A DNA stretch of 59,133 nt, counting the filler, from Babesia bigemina (taxonomy: Eukaryota): the NCBI RefSeq assembly GCF_000981445.1. It is 10 parts of 10 records of this genome, joined end to end, with 100 filler letters (N's around TTAATTAATTAA, not from the genome) between each part and the next. Parts side by side here need not be neighbours in the genome. Positions count along the whole stretch, not along the records: positions 52,180 to 56,171 come from NW_012237381.1; positions 56,272 to 59,133 come from NW_012237382.1; 8 more parts are not named here. One strand, written 5' to 3'. The notes beneath the pieces were generated by a model. It was not told the DNA's origin. It made no database searches and saw only the letters and a program-made list of their open reading frames with translations. Shown here piece after piece: positions 54,230 through 59,133 of this stretch. The number at the start of each line of letters is the position of its first letter. Within the stretch, counting starts at the first letter, position 1. A program made the translations under genes and the position numbers.

Positions 54230-55710
54230 GCCTTAGGGAGCATCACTACAAACAAAGCTAGTGGAGGTGATGGAATTCCAGTTGAGCTATTTCAAATCCT
54301 GAAAGATGATGCTTTGAAAGTGTTGCACTCAATATGCCAGCAAATTTGGAAAACTCAGCAGCGGCCACAGGACTGGAAAAGGTCAGTTTTCATTCCAATC
54401 CCAAAGAAAGGCAATGACAAAGAATGTTCAAACTACCGCATAATTGCACTTATCTCACATACTAGTAAAATAATACTTAAAATTCTCTAAGCCAGGCTTT
54501 AGCAATACATGAACTGTGAACTTCCAGATGTTCAAGCTGGTTTTAGAAAAGGCAGAGGAACCAGAGATCAAATTGTCAACATCTGCTGGATCATTTAAAA
54601 ATGCAAGAGAGCTCCAGAAAAACATATATTTCTGCTTTATTGACTATGCCAAAGCCTTTGACTGTGTGGTCACAATAAACTGTGGAAAATTCTGAAAGAG
54701 ATGGGAACACCAGACCACCTGACCTGCCTCTTGAGAAACCTATATGCAGGTCAGGAAACAACAGTCAGAACTGGACATGGAATAACAGACTCGTTCCAAA
54801 CAGGAAAAGGAGTACATCAAGGCTGTATATTATCACCCTGCTTATGTAATTTATATGCAGAGTACATCATGAGAAACGCTGGGCTGAAAGAAGCACAAGC
54901 TGGAATCAAGATTGCCGGGAGAAATATCAATAACCTCAGATATGCAGATGACACCACCCTTATGGCAGAAAGTGAAGAGGAACTAAAAAGCCTCTTGATG
55001 AAGGTGAAAGAGGAGCATGAAAAAGTTGGCTTAAAACTCAACATTCAGAAAACAAAGATCATGGCATCTGGTCCCATCACTTCATGGGAAATAGCTGGGG
55101 AAACAGTGTCAGACTTTATTTTTTGGGGCTCCAAAATCACTGCAGATGGTGATTGCAGCCATGAAATTAAAAGACGCTTACTCCTTGGAAGGAAAGCTAT
55201 GACCAACCTAGATAGCATATTCAAAAGCAGAGACCTTAGTTTGCCAACAAAGGTCCGTCTAGTCAAGGCTATGGTTTTTCCTGTGGTCATGTGTGGATAT
55301 GAGTGTTGGACTGTGAAGAAAGCTGAGCGCCAAAGAATTGATGCTTTTGAACTGTGGTATTGGAGAAGACTCTTGAGAGTCCCTTGGACTGCAAGGAGAT
55401 CCAACCAGTCCATCCTAAAGGAGATCAGCCCTGGGATTTCTTTGGAGGGAATGATGCTAAAGCTGAAACTCCAGTACTTTGGCCACCTCATGCGAAGAGT
55501 TGACTCATTGGAAAAGACTCTGATGCTGGGAGGGATTGGGGGCAGGAGGAGAAGGGGACGACAGAGGATGAGATGGCTGGATGGCATCACTGACTCGATG
55601 GACGTGAGTCTGAGTGAACTCTGGGAGTTGATGATGGACAGGGAGGCCTGGCGTGCTGCGATTCATGGGGTCGCAAAGAGTCGGACATGACTGAGCGACT
55701 GAACTGAACC
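54230..55710 (+). mobile_element. BovB LINE, 5'-truncated, head-to-head with the previous copy (host DNA)
   Basis: 329-aa RT C-terminal ORF 54701..55690 (QGCILSP, RYADD); tail GACTGAACTGAA. Confidence 0.96.
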
Positions 55711-56171
55711 GACTAAACTGCTTACTCAGTGTGGGCCTCCTCTGTGGTAAATGAATCCCTCTCACTGGGTACACTGTGATTCCTAATGAATGCCTGAACT
55801 TAAAGGCTTCTAATTTCTTTGTTGGAAGTCTCAAGTGATACTGGCATCCACACAGTGCTCTACAAAGTCCCCTCTGTGTCATTCTCTGAACTAGTTCTAA
55901 CCTCACTCTGGGTTTGGATTACAATCTCAAGGGATTCTGAGATTCAGATGCAAAATCTACAAAAAATGATATCCTGCAGCCTGTCCAGAAGTTTGTCAAT
56001 GAAGAAGAGTTCAAAAAGAACCGGAGACTAAACTAGACCCCAGCACACAAGCAAACACATTATAAAAAGTGACAACCATCTCTTTTAATTGCTCATGTGT
56101 CTCTCTCTGATTATTCTTTTGTTTTTCCTAACACATATTTTGTGTCCTAACCCACCAGACCTTTGAATACC

Positions 56172-56271
56172 NNNNNNNNNNNNNNNNNNNNNNNNNNNNN
56201 NNNNNNNNNNNNNNNTTAATTAATTAANNNNNNNNNNNNNNNNNNNNNNNNNNNNNNNNNNNNNNNNNNNN
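56172..56271. other. Artificial contig linker
   Basis: N44 TTAATTAATTAA N44. Confidence 0.99.
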
Positions 56272-56367
56272 GGATGCTGCTAAACATCCTGAAATGTACA
56301 GGGCACCTCCTCACAATTGAGAACTGTCAAGTTCAAAATGTCAAGATGAAGAAGTCAAGAATCCCTG
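56272..56367 (+). mobile_element. MER20-like hAT DNA transposon end (host DNA)
   Basis: GGATGCTGCTAAACATCCT...CAAAATGTCAA...AGAATCCCTG matches my recollection of the MER20 terminus. Confidence 0.65.
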
Positions 56368-56786
56368 TGTTAAAGCTAAAGACAGGTTTCTGTACCTTGT
56401 GCATCCGAACACTAAGAAAGAGGCACAATCATAGTGGGCCCATTTGGATTTTGAAGGCAACATACACCACATCTGGATGTATTTCTCTGAGCCATTTACT
56501 TAGAAACCTGTGTTCCCAGAAAATAAAAAGGCTCTGCAGCAGGTCCAGGCTCTGCCAATCAAGTCTAATAATCCAGAAGATCTAAGTTTCTGTGACGAGT
56601 GAGGATGCTGTATGGACCCCTGCACAAATCCCGATAAGAGATTCAAAGCACAGGACCTCAAGTTTTTTACACTATACCATGCTCTCTTATGCTAAAAAAG
56701 CACTAGATTCTGATAGACTGGATCGTGATGACATAAAGACTGATGTTCTCTGATCTGCCAGTCTTGAAGTGCCATGACATGAGACA

Positions 56787-56951
56787 TGTGCATGTGTGCT
56801 AAGTCACTTCAGTCATCTCCAACTCTTTGTGACACATGGACCATAGCCCGCCAGGTTCCTCTGTGCATTAGATTCTCCAGGCAAGAACACTGGAGTGGGT
56901 TGCTGTGCCCTCCTCCAGAAGATCTTCCCATCCCAGGGACTGAATCCACTT
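56787..56951 (-). mobile_element. Bov-tA SINE (host DNA)
   Basis: TGTGCTAAGTCACTTCAGTC...TCTCCAGGCAAGAACACTGGAGTGGGTTGC...GATCTTCCCATCCCAGGGA. Confidence 0.85.
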
Positions 56952-56953
56952 CA

Positions 56954-57041
56954 CTGGGCCACAATGAGCTCAGATCTTGCTCAAGTAATATTCTAGGTGT
57001 TTCTGTGAGGTGTTTTCAAATGAAATTAATATTTAAATCAG
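56954..57041 (+). mobile_element. MLT2-like LTR fragment (host DNA)
   Basis: CTGGGCCACA...ATTCTAGGTGTTTCTGTGAGG...ATTAATATTTAAATCAGT; recognised from memory. Confidence 0.5.
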
Positions 57042-57220
57042 TGTGTGTTAGTGGCTCAGTTTTCTGATTCTTTGTGACCCCATGGACTGCAGCCCACCAG
57101 GCTCCTCTATCCATGGGATTTCCCAAGCAAGATTATTGGAATGAGTTGCCAGTTCCTATTCTAGGGGATCTTCTTGACCCAGGGATAAAACCCAGGTTTC
57201 CTGTCTCCTGCATTGGCAGG
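57042..57220 (-). mobile_element. Bov-tA SINE (host DNA)
   Basis: GACCCCATGGACTGCAGCCCACCAGGCTCCTCTATCCATGGGATT...CTCCTGCATTGGCAGG. Confidence 0.85.
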
Positions 57221-57544
57221 AGGAGACAGTCAAATTCTGGAAATACTACCTACTAGCTTTGTGGCATAGGGTTATTTGAACATCTCTCTGGTTAACAGAT
57301 ATGATCAAGAGATTTATTTGTAAAGAATCAATGCAATGTCCATCAATTAGACAATTTTGTTTTAAAAAATAAAATCTAGGTATGTAATCTGAAAAACAGA
57401 TTAATAGCATTTGTTAATCAAGAGCCCTGTAAATAAACCAAACATTTAAAATCATCTATTATAGAATATGACCCATGGTAAACTCTCAATAAACATTAAT
57501 TTTTCTTCTTTATGTCATTAATTCTTACATATTTAAGCCAAGTC

Positions 57545-57744
57545 TGGTCAGTGGTAAAGAATCTGCCTGCCAGTGCAGGATACGCAGATTTGATCACTGG
57601 ATTGGCAAGATCCGCTGGAGAAGGAAACGACAATCAACTCCAGTATTCTTGCCTGGGGAATCCCACAGACAGAGGAGCTTGGAGGACTACAGTCCATGGG
57701 GTCTCAAAGAGTCAAACACAACTTAGTGACTAAACAACAACAAC
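57545..57744 (+). mobile_element. Bov-tA SINE (host DNA)
   Basis: CAGTGGTAAAGAATCTGCCTGCC...CTCCAGTATTCTTGCCTGG...ACAGTCCATGGGGTC...(AAC)n tail. Confidence 0.88.
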
Positions 57745-57796
57745 ATGTCACTGGTAAATATTTTGGACATATATCTTTAATCTGCTTACAGTAAGC

Positions 57797-59110
57797 TCAG
57801 TTCAGTTCAGTTCAGTCGCTCAGTCATGTCTGACTCTTTGTGACCCCATGAATCGTAGCACGCCAGGCCTCCCGGTCCATCACCAACTCCCAGAGTTTAC
57901 CCAAACTCATATCCAATGAATTGGTGATGCCATCCAGGCGTCTCATCCTCTGTCGTCCCCTTCTCCTCCTGCCCTCAATCTTTCCCAGCATCAGGGTCTT
58001 TTCAAATGAGTCAGTTCTTCGCATCAGGTGGCAAAAGTATTGGAGTTTCAGCTTCAACATCAGTCCTTCCAATGAACACCCAGGACTTATCTCCTTTAGG
58101 ATGGACTGGTTGGATCTCCTTGCAGACCAAGGGACTCTGAAAAGTCTTCTCCAACACCACAGTTCAAAAGCATCAACTCTGGTGCTGAGCTTTCTTTATA
58201 GTCCAAATCTCACATCCATACATGACTCTGGTAAAACCATAGCCTTGACTAGATGGACTTTTGTGGGCAAAGTAATTTCTTGACTTTTTTTAATATGCTC
58301 CCTAGGTTGGGCATAACTTTACTTCCAAGGAGTAAGCATTTTTCAATTTCATGGCTGCAATCACCATCTGCAGTGATTTTGGAGCCCCCCAAAGTAATGT
58401 CAGCCACTGTTTCCACTGTTTCCCCATCTATTTCCCATGAAGTGATGGGACCAGAGGCCATGATTTAGTTTTTTGAATGTTGAGCTTTAAGCCAATTTTT
58501 TCACTCTCCTCTTTCATGTTCATCAAGAGGCTCTTTAGTTCCTCTTCACTTTCTGCCATTAGAGTAGGATCATCTGCATATCTGAGGTTGTTGCTATTTT
58601 TCCCAGCAAACTTCCTTTTGTTGTTGTTTTCTTAACTGTGTGAATTCCCAATCTTAGAAACTGCTGGTTAACTTTGGTTGTGATTCATCCAGCCCAGAAT
58701 TGCACATGATGTATTCTGCAGAGAAGTTAAATAAGCAGGCTGACAATATACAGCCTTGCCGTGCTCCTTTCCCAATTTTGAACCAGTCTGTTGTTCCAGG
58801 TCCAGTTCTAACTGTTGCTTCTTGACCTGCATACAGGTTTCCCATGAGACAGGTAGGGTGATCTAGTAGTCCCATGTATTTAAGTATTTTCCAGTTTGTT
58901 ATGATCTACACAGTCAAAGACTTTAGTGTAGTCAATAAAGCAAAAAGAGGTGTTTTTCTGGAATTTCCTTGCTTTCTCTACAATCCAACAAATGTTGGCA
59001 ACTTGATCTCTTGTTCCTCTGCCTCTTTTAGACTCAAGCTTGTACATCTGGAAGTTTTCAGTTCAAGAACTGCTGAAGCCTAGCTTGAAGTATTTTAAGC
59101 ATAACCTTAC
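57797..59110 (-). mobile_element. BovB LINE 3' portion, degenerate, with a ~60-nt interruption near 58610-58675 (host DNA)
   Basis: (TTCAG)n tail on +; RT C-terminal peptides KLKLQYF and [12 protein letters not shown]. Confidence 0.93.
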
Positions 59111-59133
59111 TATATATATACTATATATAACAC

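Noticed and set aside
54701..55690. Reverse transcriptase near variable antigen genes as a diversity-generating retroelement or a Babesia retrotransposon
   Set aside because: It is a truncated bovine BovB on a separate contig; proximity comes from the artificial linker.

Overview
Eukaryotic, not prokaryotic. The window is ten unrelated contigs joined by a 100-nt artificial linker (N44-TTAATTAATTAA-N44), so adjacency across linkers means nothing. Contigs 1-8 (1..52079) are from a bovine Babesia, most likely B. bigemina. They hold (i) six large ves1b-type variant erythrocyte surface antigen genes or fragments plus one 5' remnant, set in a fixed scaffold of three tandem repeats (12-, 20- and 21-bp), and (ii) two pieces of the tandem rap-1a/rap-1b locus. 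Contigs 9-10 (52180..59133) are bovine host DNA (BovB LINEs, Bov-tA/CHR-2 SINEs, MER20, MLT2). Most interesting observations: (1) a cryptic 5-exon gene at 28078..28960 whose 5' end is a tandem repeat of a ~40-nt exon plus a 34-35-nt GT-AG intron, read in alternating frames and fused to a Cys-rich, TM-anchored ves-like tail; (2) every ves 5' end begins right after a G-quadruplex-prone 21-bp satellite with the same leader, which is open in some copies and stopped at different codons in others, suggesting a cassette archive for antigenic variation; (3) rap-1a copies differ by swappable N-terminal, C-terminal/3'UTR and promoter blocks, including a GGTGCA motif in only one copy; (4) a telomeric-repeat insertion inside a host BovB element. 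Family names come from recognition, not from a database search.
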